A stretch of DNA of 64,000 nucleotides, taken from the NCBI GenBank assembly GCA_963780975.1, contig CAWAEU010000066.1, positions 7,775-71,774 on the forward strand. Direction: 5' to 3'. This DNA is from an uncultured Acidobacteriaceae bacterium (GTDB lineage Bacteria > Acidobacteriota > Terriglobia > Terriglobales > Acidobacteriaceae). The position numbers and the translations under genes were made by a program. How positions within the stretch are numbered: the stretch's first letter is position 1; each line of letters opens with the position of its first letter. The notes below the pieces were generated by a model that saw only the letters and a program-made list of their open reading frames with translations, ran no database searches and was not told the origin of the DNA. Below, piece by piece: positions 23,680 through 33,358 of the stretch.

Positions 23680-25526
23680 GTGAGCGCAGTGGGCACGGCG
23701 GATAAAGGCCCGGCGCTGCAGCGCAGTGCAACGGTCGAAAGCGCCCGCGCCAGCATTGGATCATCGCCGAGCCGCATCCTGAAGAATCCGCTGCCCTGGC
23801 CAGCGCAGCCCGCCTGCCTGCTGTGCTTGCTGAACTGCTGGTTGCGCGCGGCATTACCGAAGCTGGCGAAGCGTTCGCTTTTCTCAATCCCACAACGGCG
23901 CATCTTCACAATCCATTGCTCATGCTGGGCATGGGCGCGGCTGTCGAGCGGCTGGAGCGGGCGATTGCAGCGCATGAGCCGGTGCTGCTTTATGGCGACT
24001 ACGACGTGGACGGCACTACCGCCGTTGTGTTGCTGAAGACCGCGATCGAGATGTTGGGCGGCGTTGCGCGGTTCCATGTTCCCCACCGGCTTAACGAGGG
24101 CTACGGCATGCAATCGAGTGTGCTTGAAGCGGCTTATGCTGATGGCGTGCGATTGGTGATTACTGTCGATACCGGCATGCGTGCCTTTGCCGAAGCTGAA
24201 ATTGCGCGCAGGCTGGGTCTCGACCTGATCATTACCGATCATCATTTGCTTGAGGCCGGCGACGCTGTTCCCACTGCTCTGGCAATTCTGAATCCCAACC
24301 AGCCCGGCTGCGCTTACCCTGAAAAATTCCTTTGCGGCGCAGCGATTGCGCTGAAGCTGGCGCAGGCCGTTCTTGAGCGCCGCGACCCGGTTCGTACCCG
24401 CGAAAAAACTCTGCCCAGTTTTCTCAAGCTGGCCGCTATCGCCACCATCGCCGACGCTGTCCCCCTGCGAGGTGAAAACCGTGTGATTGCCGCACTGGGA
24501 CTTAACGAGTTGCGACGGCCAGTGGGCGCCGGACTGCGCGCACTTTTTGCAGTCGCCTCACTGGATCCCGCGGCCAAACAGATCACCGGATTCGACATCG
24601 CGTTTCGACTGGCACCGCGCATCAACGCCGCCGGCCGCATGGACGTTGCCTCAGAGGTGATTGAGCTCTTTACTACGCGCTCGGCGGAACGCGCCGCTGA
24701 ACTTGCAGCCAAGCTCGAGCGACTGAACCGCGAGCGGCGTGATGCGGAGGCCGCAGCTCTCACGGCTATCGAGGCGCTGCTGGCCACTAGCGCTGAACTC
24801 GCTGCCGACCGGTTGCTGGTAATCGATGGGGAAGGCTGGCACCGCGGGGTTATCGGCATACTCGCCTCGCGAGTGGTGGAACGCACCGCCAAGCCGGCTA
24901 TTGTGATCAGCGTTGAAGACGGCGTGGCGCACGGTTCAGGCCGATCTGTCGACGGCTTTCAACTGCTTAACGCAATCGAAAACTGCGCCGATCTCTTTAC
25001 TCGCTTCGGCGGGCATGCATTCGCCGTCGGTTTTGCACTGCCCGCCGCGGTGCTGCCGGAACTGAAGCGCCGCCTGCGGCTTTACGCTGATGAGAATTTG
25101 CCCGCCGGAGAGCCTGAGCATCTGCTCAAAATTCATGCCGAGTTGCCGCTCGATCGCATAACTCCCGTGCTGGCGGGATGGCTGCGCAAGCTTGAACCGC
25201 TCGGCCACGGCAATCCGGAGCCGATTTTTGTGACCCGCAACGCACGCCTGCTCACCGCGCCCCGCATCATGAAGGAGCGCCACATACGCCTGGAGCTGGC
25301 ACAGGATCAGGCCGATGGGCCAGTACAGCCGCGAACACAGGATCCGGTTCTGGCGGGTTCCAGCTCCGCCATACGCGCCGTGGGCTGGAACCAGGCTGGC
25401 CGCGCCGCGGCATTGGGATTGAAAGAGGGTTCCCTCATCGACATCGCCTACCGCATCCACGAAAACGATCATCCTGAGTATGGCGGCATCGAAGTTGAGA
25501 TTGCAGGCATAGAGCCGGCGGGTTGA
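23680..25526 (+). CDS. recJ: ssDNA exonuclease RecJ (N-terminal frameshift; start uncertain)
   Basis: YGDYDVDG, ITVDTG, ITDHH, LAPRINAAGRM, GSGRS, FGGH. Confidence 0.95.
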
Positions 25527-25547
25527 AGAAATTGGTTTACAAATGCA

Positions 25548-25582
25548 GCGAGGCCCACGGATTGCCGTGGGCCTCGTTACTT
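25548..25582. terminator. Bidirectional terminator
   Basis: CGAGGCCCACGG-attg-CCGTGGGCCTCG. Confidence 0.8.
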
Positions 25583-25614
25583 TCATTCTGATACTGACTT
25601 GGAGCAGATGCAGT

Positions 25615-26910
25615 CTACTTTGACGACTGCCAATCATCCGTCGCTGATTTGCCCTTGGTTGTCCCAGTAGCCGGCTTTGGCCCTGTCGATGTCGGAGCCT
25701 GCCAATCGTCCGTCGCCGATTTCTTCGATTTCCCGGAATGTTCAGGCACTCCCTGACCCTTCACAGCCATGCTGGGCTGCGGCTTGGGATCGCCGGCCAC
25801 GGCCGGCGAGGCACTATCAACGGTCTTATGAACAGTGATGTTTCCCGTATTCGACTTTGAGGCGTTGTAGTTGATGGCGTCAGTCTTTCCTGCTCCTGAG
25901 CCCGAACCCTGCGCAGCAGCCCTTGTCTGTGAGGTCCAGTTGTCCGTCCCCGACTTTGACTTTAATTTATCCGCACTGCCGTTAACATCCTTGCCGGGCG
26001 AGCTGGAGTCCTGCGACCGGATGATGCCATCTGTCGCCTGCCCTTTGGCAGCTCCGTCGCTGATGTTTTTATGGTCGTTCACGGAAGCATTTTTACCCTT
26101 GCCGCCGCCGTTGGGGTTCTGGACCATTCCATCCACAGCCTGGCTCTTTGCAGCACCGTCGCTGATGTTCTTGTGGTCGTTCACGGAAGCATTTTTGCCC
26201 TTGCCGCCACCTGAACCGCCGTTGGGATTCTTATCCATCCCATCCACAGCCTGGCCTTTGGCAGCGCCGTCGCTGATGTTCTTGCTGTCTTTAACGACAC
26301 CGCTTTTTCCCTTGCCGCCGCCCGAGCCTCCGTTGGGATTTGTTGCCGTGAGCTCGTTGGCCTGACCCTTGGCCGCGCCGTCGGTGATGCTCATGCCGGG
26401 AGGTGAGGCAGCATCGGCCTCCTTGTTGATGCCTTCATTCGCCTGACCTTTTGCCGCACCATCGGCGCTGGTTATTCCGGGCGAGCCCATGTCGCGTTCT
26501 TTGACAACGCCCTCAGAAGCCTGGCCCTTGGCTGCGCCGTCGGCCACGTTTTTGGTATCCGCCTTGCCAGGCGAACTGGTGTCGTGCGGCTTGACGTAAA
26601 TGCCCTCAGTCGCTTGCCCTTTTGCAGCGCCATCGGAGCCGCTTATGCTGGGCGTGCCCTTGTCTTGCGACTTGACGATGCCCTCTGATGCCTGGCCCTT
26701 GGCTGCGCCGTCGGCTACGTTCTTGGTATCCGACTTGCCGGGCTTTGAGCCGTGCGGATTGGGAGCGGTTTCGGTGGGCGAATTCCAGTCGTCTTGCGCC
26801 GATTTATTTCTGGCATCGGGCGCAGATTTCTGCGCCGAGAGAGGAATGGCTGTGACCAGTGAGAGGAGCAATGCAGGCATCACCCACAATGCTGAGCGGG
26901 AAACTCGCAT
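25615..26910 (-). CDS. Secreted low-complexity repeat protein (8x DGAAK[GS]QA)
   Basis: Signal peptide ending IPLSA-Q; GGAGG RBS upstream; internal repeats visible in both DNA and protein. Confidence 0.85.
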   Translation of the reverse strand: MRVSRSALWVMPALLLSLVTAIPLSAQKSAPDARNKSAQDDWNSPTETAPNPHGSKPGKSDTKNVADGAAKGQASEGIVKSQDKGTPSISGSDGAAKGQATEGIYVKPHDTSSPGKADTKNVADGAAKGQASEGVVKERDMGSPGITSADGAAKGQANEGINKEADAASPPGMSITDGAAKGQANELTATNPNGGSGGGKGKSGVVKDSKNISDGAAKGQAVDGMDKNPNGGSGGGKGKNASVNDHKNISDGAAKSQAVDGMVQNPNGGGKGKNASVNDHKNISDGAAKGQATDGIIRSQDSSSPGKDVNGSADKLKSKSGTDNWTSQTRAAAQGSGSGAGKTDAINYNASKSNTGNITVHKTVDSASPAVAGDPKPQPSMAVKGQGVPEHSGKSKKSATDDWQAPTSTGPKPATGTTKGKSATDDWQSSK

Positions 26911-27074
26911 GAGAAGACCTCCTGTTGTTACTGCGCCCAGAGGGGACTGAAACGCAATGACGCGTCCAGTGTATGCCTATTGGAACCCGTCGCGCCATAA
27001 GTAGTTACCTGAGTTCAGGAATAATTCGTACCTGCCCGGGAATGGCCTAAGTGCCGCCGGAGAGCCACTTTAAG

Positions 27075-27109
27075 CACTGAAGCCCACGGCTAACCGTGAG
27101 CCTCAGTGC
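27075..27109 (-). terminator. Terminator-like hairpin
   Basis: GCACTGA.GC.CACGG...CCGTG.GC.TCAGTGC. Confidence 0.55.
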
Positions 27110-27174
27110 GATCCTAAAAGAACTGCGATGGAAAAGAGCGCTGAAGTCAGGCTCTTTCCTGCTCAGGTTCTTGC

Positions 27175-28221
27175 TCAGTAGCGGTAGGTCAGCCCTGTGG
27201 CCATAACATGCCGCGCCTGTAAATTGATAGGAATTGGTGCGAAAGGCGCTAAAGGATTACCGGTTGGCGTCAGGGTTGTGCCAATCATTCCCGCCACTTG
27301 TCCCACGCCGATATCGAACGTGAAGTGTGGATGCTCCCTTTGCGTTATCCGTACCGCATAGTCAAGCGTAGTAGGAATATGCGCCGGACTTGGGGGCGTA
27401 TATGTTGGGGGAGAAACCAGAAGGGCGCTCAGGTTCTGTATCTGCGGCGGCTCCTGCATAAATCCCGCCGAAGGCACGGCTACGATGCCCTTGATGAGGG
27501 GCAGCGGAATGCCGAGACCGCCGAAGAACCGCCCCATAAAGCGTGTGCTCTGGCCGCCAATGCCCAGAATCGACGCATTGGTCATCTTCCAGCCAAAGGT
27601 TGCCAGGAACGGCACCGGCGGCTTGGCCCAGGTCTTGGTTGCCACAATATATGCGTCCCCGTTGCTATAGGATTTGGTAGCCGGCTCCGGCAGATAGCAT
27701 CCTGCTGGTTCTGATTCGATTTCGCAGAAGTAATTGTTGGATTCCACCGCTAGTTGAGCAGCGGGGCTGGAGACGAATCTGTCTTGGGTGCGGATGATGC
27801 CACCCACCGCAACTCCCGGCATGTACTTGTGAAATTCCCCATCCTTGATGGCCACAACTTTGCCGGCAATGATATTCATTCCGTTAAAGTGCCATAGTTG
27901 GCTGAAATTGGCGCTGTCGCCGGTGATGTGCACGTTGCGGCCATAGGAAACCTCGGCCCGGTTGCCGATGCCCTCGGCGATACCGAAGGTGTGTATTTCG
28001 CCGATCACAGCATTTGCGGCGATAAAGTGGTAACCCACCGCGGGATGCGAGAATAGCTGGCCCTTCTCTGAAGCGACGACGTAGGCCGTGGGGGTGATAA
28101 ACCCGCCCGTATAACCTTCCAGGGTAAGGTTTTGTGCGTTCATTTGGCCTGTAAATAACATGGCGCCTGCAAGCAGGCCACAGAAGATCAATGTTTGTAA
28201 ATTGCACACTACGAGTTTCAT
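27175..28221 (-). CDS. Secreted/outer-membrane beta-rich protein (possibly DUF3034-like)
   Basis: Signal peptide, LEGYTGGFITPTAY, alternating beta strands, C-terminal LTYRY. Confidence 0.6.
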   Translation of the reverse strand: MKLVVCNLQTLIFCGLLAGAMLFTGQMNAQNLTLEGYTGGFITPTAYVVASEKGQLFSHPAVGYHFIAANAVIGEIHTFGIAEGIGNRAEVSYGRNVHITGDSANFSQLWHFNGMNIIAGKVVAIKDGEFHKYMPGVAVGGIIRTQDRFVSSPAAQLAVESNNYFCEIESEPAGCYLPEPATKSYSNGDAYIVATKTWAKPPVPFLATFGWKMTNASILGIGGQSTRFMGRFFGGLGIPLPLIKGIVAVPSAGFMQEPPQIQNLSALLVSPPTYTPPSPAHIPTTLDYAVRITQREHPHFTFDIGVGQVAGMIGTTLTPTGNPLAPFAPIPINLQARHVMATGLTYRY

Positions 28222-28366
28222 GTTTACTCCAGTGGAGATCGCCCGCCGCAGCGGACCTGCCTCCTGAACATTCGGAAAGTTAACCTTTTGTAACACAAAT
28301 CACATAGCATCGTCAGTGTTTTCGTTCCACTCGCCAGCATTTTTGCGGGGGTGGTAAACTCAGCCC

Positions 28367-29035
28367 ATGGCGCGTGGTCAATTTATCACCCTCGAAGGCC
28401 TCGACGGTTCCGGTAAAACCACCCAAATCAATCGTTTGGCGGAGTGGCTCAAAAAACACGGCCACTCTCCTGTCCTGACCCGCCAGCCGGGCGGAACCCC
28501 CACCGGTGACCGCATCCGTGCCCTGCTGCTCGACTCCCGCTCCACCGCTCTCTCGCCCATGGCCGAGATGGCCCTGATGTTTGCCGACCGCGCCCAGGTG
28601 ATAGCCGAGATCATAGAGCCCGCCCTGAAGGCAGGCAAGATCGTCGTCTGCGACCGTTTTACCGACTCCACCGAGGCCTACCAGGGCGGCGGACGCCAGC
28701 TCGGCTCCGCGCCGGTTCTCGAGCTGCATCGCTTGCTCTGCAGAGAACCTCAGCCTGACATGACCTTGTTGCTTTTGCCTTCGCTTGAAGCTTCACTGGC
28801 CCGCGCGCGCCGCCGCAACGAGCGCGAAAATGCGAAATCCGGCCAGGACGAGAATCGGTTCGAGCAGGAGAAGGACGCGTTCTACCGGCGCGTCTATGAG
28901 AAATACAAGGAGATTGCCAAACGTGAATCCAAACGCGTTGTTCCTATCGAAGGTGATCTTTCAGTCGATCAGGTTCACGAAAAAATAGTTGAGGCTGTTG
29001 CGAAACGATTACAGATCCCCGCCAAACACTCGTAA
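28367..29035 (+). CDS. tmk: Thymidylate kinase
   Basis: FITLEGLDGSGKTTQ, VCDRFTDSTEAYQG. Confidence 0.97.
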   Translation: MARGQFITLEGLDGSGKTTQINRLAEWLKKHGHSPVLTRQPGGTPTGDRIRALLLDSRSTALSPMAEMALMFADRAQVIAEIIEPALKAGKIVVCDRFTDSTEAYQGGGRQLGSAPVLELHRLLCREPQPDMTLLLLPSLEASLARARRRNERENAKSGQDENRFEQEKDAFYRRVYEKYKEIAKRESKRVVPIEGDLSVDQVHEKIVEAVAKRLQIPAKHS

Positions 29036-29114
29036 TATGAACGCCCAGATTCTCACTTTGAATCCACAGCTACCAGATCACCACCATCACCGGCGAATGC
29101 ACTAGACTCAAACC

Positions 29115-30218
29115 GTGGGCTTCAAAGATTTTCTCGGCAACGCGCAAACCGTCACCCATCTCCGCGAGAGCATCCGCGCGGGGCGATTTCCCCACTCACT
29201 GATCCTGGCCGGGCCGCGCGGCGCGGGAAAGTACACCCTCGCCCTGATGCTGGCCAAGGCCGTCAACTGCCTCAACCCCACCGAGAGCGATGGCCTGCCG
29301 GACTTTTGCGGCATCTGCTCCAACTGCACACGCATTGGCGGCAGCGCCAACCTGGAAGTGCTGGTGGCCGAGGCCGTGGAGGCACGCGACGACCTGCGCG
29401 AGGCTGACAAGCGCGAGACGCGCATCCTCATCCAGACCCACCCGGACGTGCTCATCGTCCCGCCCGACCCGCCGCAGCTGCTCATCAAGATTGGCCAGGT
29501 GCGGCAGGTGATCCATGTGGCCTATTACCGGCCGCCGGTGGAAGCCAAACGCACCTTTACCATCTTTACTTCATCGGCGTTTATGAAGGAGGCGGCCAAC
29601 AGCCTGCTGAAAGTGCTTGAAGAGCCGCCCGAGCACACCTCGCTGATCCTGCTGACTGAGAACCCGCAGGAACTGCTGCCTACCATCCGCTCCCGCGCCG
29701 TGCTTCATCGGCTGGGAGCGCTACCGGTTGCGGAGCTTGAGGCCCTGCTGGGGCAGCGCCGGAAAGAGCTGAAACCGCAGGATCGAGCCCTGGCCGCGCG
29801 GCTGGCCGAGGGAGCCGTGGGCCGCGCCCTCACCATCGACCTGGGCGCTTATCTCCAAAGCCGGCAGGATGCCCTGGTTCTGCTGCGAACGGCCCTCCGC
29901 GAGCCGGATTATTCGCAGCTCTTCCACGCTACTGAGAGCTACCGCGCCGGCGCCGACGGGCAGGAAAAGACCATTAACCTGCTGCGCGCCCTGGGCAGCC
30001 TGCTTGAAGACCTGCTGCTGATTGTGGCCGGCACGCCGCAACTGATCCGCAATATCGACCTGGCCGGAGAACTCGAGCGGCTGGCGCAGGGCATAACCGT
30101 GGACTGGATCGACTCGGCTGCTCGCGCACTGGCCCAGGTTGAGCAGGGGATGCGCCGTAACCTGCTGCGTTCCCTTTCACTGGACGCTATGGCCGTCAGC
30201 ATGGATAAAAGCGGTTAA
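29115..30218 (+). CDS. holB: DNA polymerase III delta' subunit
   Basis: GPRGAGK, CGICSNC, HPDV, AANSLLKVLEEPP, LLPTIRSR; follows tmk. Confidence 0.9.
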   Translation: MGFKDFLGNAQTVTHLRESIRAGRFPHSLILAGPRGAGKYTLALMLAKAVNCLNPTESDGLPDFCGICSNCTRIGGSANLEVLVAEAVEARDDLREADKRETRILIQTHPDVLIVPPDPPQLLIKIGQVRQVIHVAYYRPPVEAKRTFTIFTSSAFMKEAANSLLKVLEEPPEHTSLILLTENPQELLPTIRSRAVLHRLGALPVAELEALLGQRRKELKPQDRALAARLAEGAVGRALTIDLGAYLQSRQDALVLLRTALREPDYSQLFHATESYRAGADGQEKTINLLRALGSLLEDLLLIVAGTPQLIRNIDLAGELERLAQGITVDWIDSAARALAQVEQGMRRNLLRSLSLDAMAVSMDKSG

Positions 30219-30396
30219 TAGTAACGTTACTTTTTCGGCAAAATATTTATGGCAACTTTGCGTCCTGCCGCTGCATCTTTTCGTATATCAGATACCCCAG
30301 AGATTGCGCGGAAGCCGTATCGATGCCATACTCGATAGACCACTTCTGTCATCGCAATGAAGTATTCGCCATTTTCCGAAAGGAGGGTTGATTTTC

Positions 30397-30753
30397 ATGT
30401 CCAGTTTGTCCAGTCAAGCCATACCGCCCTCCCTGCCCTCTGATAACGCGCAAAAATCCGCAGAACCCAACCGGCCGCGCCCGCGCAGAAGCTCGCCCGT
30501 GACGCCGCCCATCCACTTTCCTGCACGCACCGTGGAGGACACGTCCCTCTACCGCCAGGCCGAACTCTTCTACCTGCAAAAGCAGATCAACTCGCAGACG
30601 CCGATGGTGATTGTGCTTGAAGACGGCCAGCATGTAGAAGGCTGCATCGAGTGGTACGACCGCAATACTCTCAAGGTCCGCGGCCGCCAAAAGACCCTCG
30701 TCTACAAGTCCGCGATTAAATATATGTATAAGCTGGCTGAAAACGGACAGTGA
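30397..30753 (+). CDS. Hfq-like Sm-domain RNA chaperone with N-terminal extension
   Basis: YLQKQ...VIVLEDG..VEGCIEWYD...LVYKSAI resembles Hfq Sm1/Sm2 (YKHAI); AGGAGG RBS. Confidence 0.8.
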   Translation: MSSLSSQAIPPSLPSDNAQKSAEPNRPRPRRSSPVTPPIHFPARTVEDTSLYRQAELFYLQKQINSQTPMVIVLEDGQHVEGCIEWYDRNTLKVRGRQKTLVYKSAIKYMYKLAENGQ

Positions 30754-30970
30754 TAAAAGCAGGGAATAGGGAACAGGGAATAGAAAATCCCTTCTTTGAA
30801 AATTGTGCAATCCCAGATCTCAAACGCGAGACCTGTGGCAACCGCTTTGTATGTATATGCGGCAAGTCAACTCCGCTTCGCGGAATTTGCAAGTTGGAGG
30901 AGCTCGCTGAAACGAGCTGTTGTTTTCTATTCCCTGTTCCCTGTTCCCTGATCCCTGTTCCCTGCTTTTA
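30754..30970. repeat. MITE-like element with heptamer-repeat inverted termini
   Basis: TAAAAGCAGGGAA(TAGGGAA/CAGGGAA)nTAGAAAA at left and its inverse at right. Confidence 0.65.
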
Positions 30971-31994
30971 CCAGCCTGTCGCGGATTGCCTCTCCGATAC
31001 CATCCGTCGGCGGCACGGGACAAACAATCACCGTGCAACCTTGTGTATCCAACGCGCGCAGACCAGCATAAAGATCCCGCGCCATCTCTTCCGGAGCTGC
31101 CCAGCGCCCCCACGGAAATTGCACCGCGCCTAAATTCAACCCGGCAACCTCAGCCGGCAGCATCACACCCACACGCTCTCCGGCCCAGCATTGGACTGCT
31201 TCGCGCAGCCGCGTCGTAAGCTCAGCCAGTTCACCCTCCACCAGCACCAGCCGCGCCCTGGGCGCGTAATGCCGCAGCCCCAATCCCGGCGAGGGAAGCG
31301 CTTCACGAGGGCTATCCGCCAAATTTCCATCCCGAAAAATCTCCGCCGGTCCTGCAACTGCGCGAATCTGTTCTGCCGTCACCGCACCCGGGCGGTAAAT
31401 CAGCATCGGGCTCTGGTTGGGATCGAGGACCGTTGATTCCACCCCGTGCACCGTCGGCCCCGCATCCACCACCGCATCGATTCGCCCATCCAGATCTTCA
31501 AGCACGTGCGCCGCAGTGGTAGGGCTGATGCGACCAAAGAGATTTGCGCTGGGCGCAGCCACCGGAACCCCGGCTCGCCGGATCAACTCCAGCGCCACAG
31601 GATGCGCAGGCATGCGCACCCCCACCAGTGGCCGTCCCGCGGTCACCGCATCGGGCACTGCCACGTTGCGCTTCAGCAGCAAAGTCAGTGGCCCCGGCCA
31701 AAAGGCCTCCATCAGCAGCCGCGCCGACTCCGGGACCACTTCAACAAGACCATCCAGCATTGCCTTATTCGCAATATGCACAATCACCGGATCCCATGCC
31801 GGCCTTTGCTTGGCTTTGAAGATCGCCTCAACCGCAGCCTTGTCCAACGCATTCGCACCCAGCCCATAGACGGTCTCAGTGGGCAGAGCCACCAGGCCCC
31901 CGGCGCGCAAAATCCGCGCGGCTCGCTCCAGGGCCTTCTCGGCCTCGGAACTCTCCAGGTTTGTTGGATCGACCACCAATCGCAGCGTCTTCAC
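30927..31994 (-). CDS. tsaC: Threonylcarbamoyl-AMP synthase (Sua5 type)
   Basis: LVALPTETVYGLGANA, K.RP..DP.IVH, AAPSAN, SPG...HYAP, Sua5 C-terminal domain. Confidence 0.95.
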   Translation of the reverse strand: MKTLRLVVDPTNLESSEAEKALERAARILRAGGLVALPTETVYGLGANALDKAAVEAIFKAKQRPAWDPVIVHIANKAMLDGLVEVVPESARLLMEAFWPGPLTLLLKRNVAVPDAVTAGRPLVGVRMPAHPVALELIRRAGVPVAAPSANLFGRISPTTAAHVLEDLDGRIDAVVDAGPTVHGVESTVLDPNQSPMLIYRPGAVTAEQIRAVAGPAEIFRDGNLADSPREALPSPGLGLRHYAPRARLVLVEGELAELTTRLREAVQCWAGERVGVMLPAEVAGLNLGAVQFPWGRWAAPEEMARDLYAGLRALDTQGCTVIVCPVPPTDGIGEAIRDRLVKAGNRDQGTGNRE

Positions 31995-32106
31995 ACTCTT
32001 ATTCTCGCCCACCCCAGCAGGCCGGTTGCCCCAGATCTCGTCTTTGATGCCTGGGATTGCAAAAAACCCCAACCGCTCGCCCCCTGCCGTATACTCGCTC
32101 TTTACC

Positions 32107-32676
32107 ATGCCTGTCGAGACCGAAATCAAATTCCGCGTCGGCGATCTGGCCGATCTTAACCGGCGGCTTGAGGCTACCGGCTTCACTTTGCAAACCCCGC
32201 GCAGCTTTGAGAGCAACGTCCTCTACGACACACCCGACCGCAAGATGCGAAACCGCACTGAAATTCTGCGCATACGCAGCTATGCCGGGCGCTGCCTGCT
32301 GACCCATAAGCGCCTGCCTGACGCTGGACCCGGCGAAGACACCCACAAACACCGCATCGAAACCGAAACTGAAATCGCCGACGGACAGGCTCTGGCACAG
32401 GTTTTTCGCTCTCTCGGCCTGGTCCCCGCCTTCCACTATGAAAAATGGCGCACCGAGTGGACCGACGGCCAGGGACACTGTGTGGTGGACGAGACCCCTA
32501 TCGGCAACTTCGCCGAGCTCGAAGGCTCCGCTGAATGGATTGACCGCACCGCCGCAAAGCTCGGTGTGGATCAAGCCACCTACATCACGCTCAGCTACGG
32601 GCGTCTCTTCGATCTTTGGTGCGACGAGCACAACTCCGACGCGCAGAACCTTACTTTTGCAGACTGCGCTCGTTGA
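32107..32676 (+). CDS. CYTH-domain protein (class IV adenylate cyclase / triphosphate tunnel family)
   Basis: ETEIKF ExExK motif, LRIR, YEKWR, DETPIGNFAELEG, SY. Confidence 0.9.
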   Translation: MPVETEIKFRVGDLADLNRRLEATGFTLQTPRSFESNVLYDTPDRKMRNRTEILRIRSYAGRCLLTHKRLPDAGPGEDTHKHRIETETEIADGQALAQVFRSLGLVPAFHYEKWRTEWTDGQGHCVVDETPIGNFAELEGSAEWIDRTAAKLGVDQATYITLSYGRLFDLWCDEHNSDAQNLTFADCAR

Positions 32677-32806
32677 GGGGATGCAATCTTCGCCTACTTG
32701 CCAGCAGCGCTACAAAATTAGAAAAACATTCTGAAATAAATCTAATGTTCCGCTCTCACCCGTCGATAACATGTTTGTGCAGATATTCAGACGCTCTGGA
32801 GGGCTT

Positions 32807-32902
32807 ATGAATTCCACCTACTTTTGCCTTACCGCCGGCAGCGCGCGGCATGCAGCGGTAAGGCTATGCAAGGCTGCCGCGTACACGCTTACGTTGCGCT
32901 AG
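32807..32902 (+). CDS. Putative 31-aa small ORF
   Basis: GGAGG 4 nt upstream of ATG; MNSTYFCLTAGSARHAAVRLCKAAAYTLTLR. Confidence 0.3.
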   Translation: MNSTYFCLTAGSARHAAVRLCKAAAYTLTLR

Positions 32903-32931
32903 CCACTCCAACCACAGCAGCCGAATGATCG

Positions 32932-33123
32932 CGATTTCAATTCGCGCAAGGCTATCCACCATCAGGAGTTGGCCAGACGCATGATGATCGCAGGCGTGGC
33001 AATGAACGTGGCCGTTGACGATGCCGGGGTTATGTAGCCGGGGCCGAAACGGCCTGTGGAAGACAGGTAAGATCATCTGACCAGAAGCATGCAGTGCGCC
33101 AATGGAGGTGCGCACTGAAATCG
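32932..33123 (+). ncRNA. Candidate structured non-coding RNA
   Basis: Nested long-range pairings CGATTTCA/TGAAATCG, GCGCA/TGCGC, TGGCCAGA/TCTGACCA and GATGATC/GATCATC enclose small hairpins; a terminator follows. Confidence 0.5.
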
Positions 33124-33134
33124 AATGCAGCAAA

Positions 33135-33176
33135 GGGCGCGGCTCCGATCCCTCAGGAGCCGCGCCCGTTGCGTTT
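33135..33176 (+). terminator. Intrinsic terminator-like hairpin
   Basis: Perfect 12-bp stem GGGCGCGGCTCC/GGAGCCGCGCCC followed by gttgcgttt. Confidence 0.7.
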
Positions 33177-33358
33177 GCAAAGAAGCTATTCCCGGCCGCG
33201 GAGAAGCAGTTTTTTAGACAGGCGCAGTTCTTCGTTTTCCAAACTCTTCAGCAGGGATGCTTGTTTACTTCAGTAATCATATTCTGAAAATTCATTAACG
33301 AAAGCCCGCTTGCCGTCGATAACCCAAACAAGCAGTTTCTGAACATTGAGGAGGACTA

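Noticed and set aside
25615-26910. CRISPR-like repeat/spacer pattern
   Set aside because: Repeats are degenerate at third codon positions and in frame within a signal-peptide ORF; no cas genes
32932-33176. c-di-GMP-I riboswitch upstream of the pilus-related cpaE
   Set aside because: The GGCAAAC...GACGCAAAG consensus elements are absent
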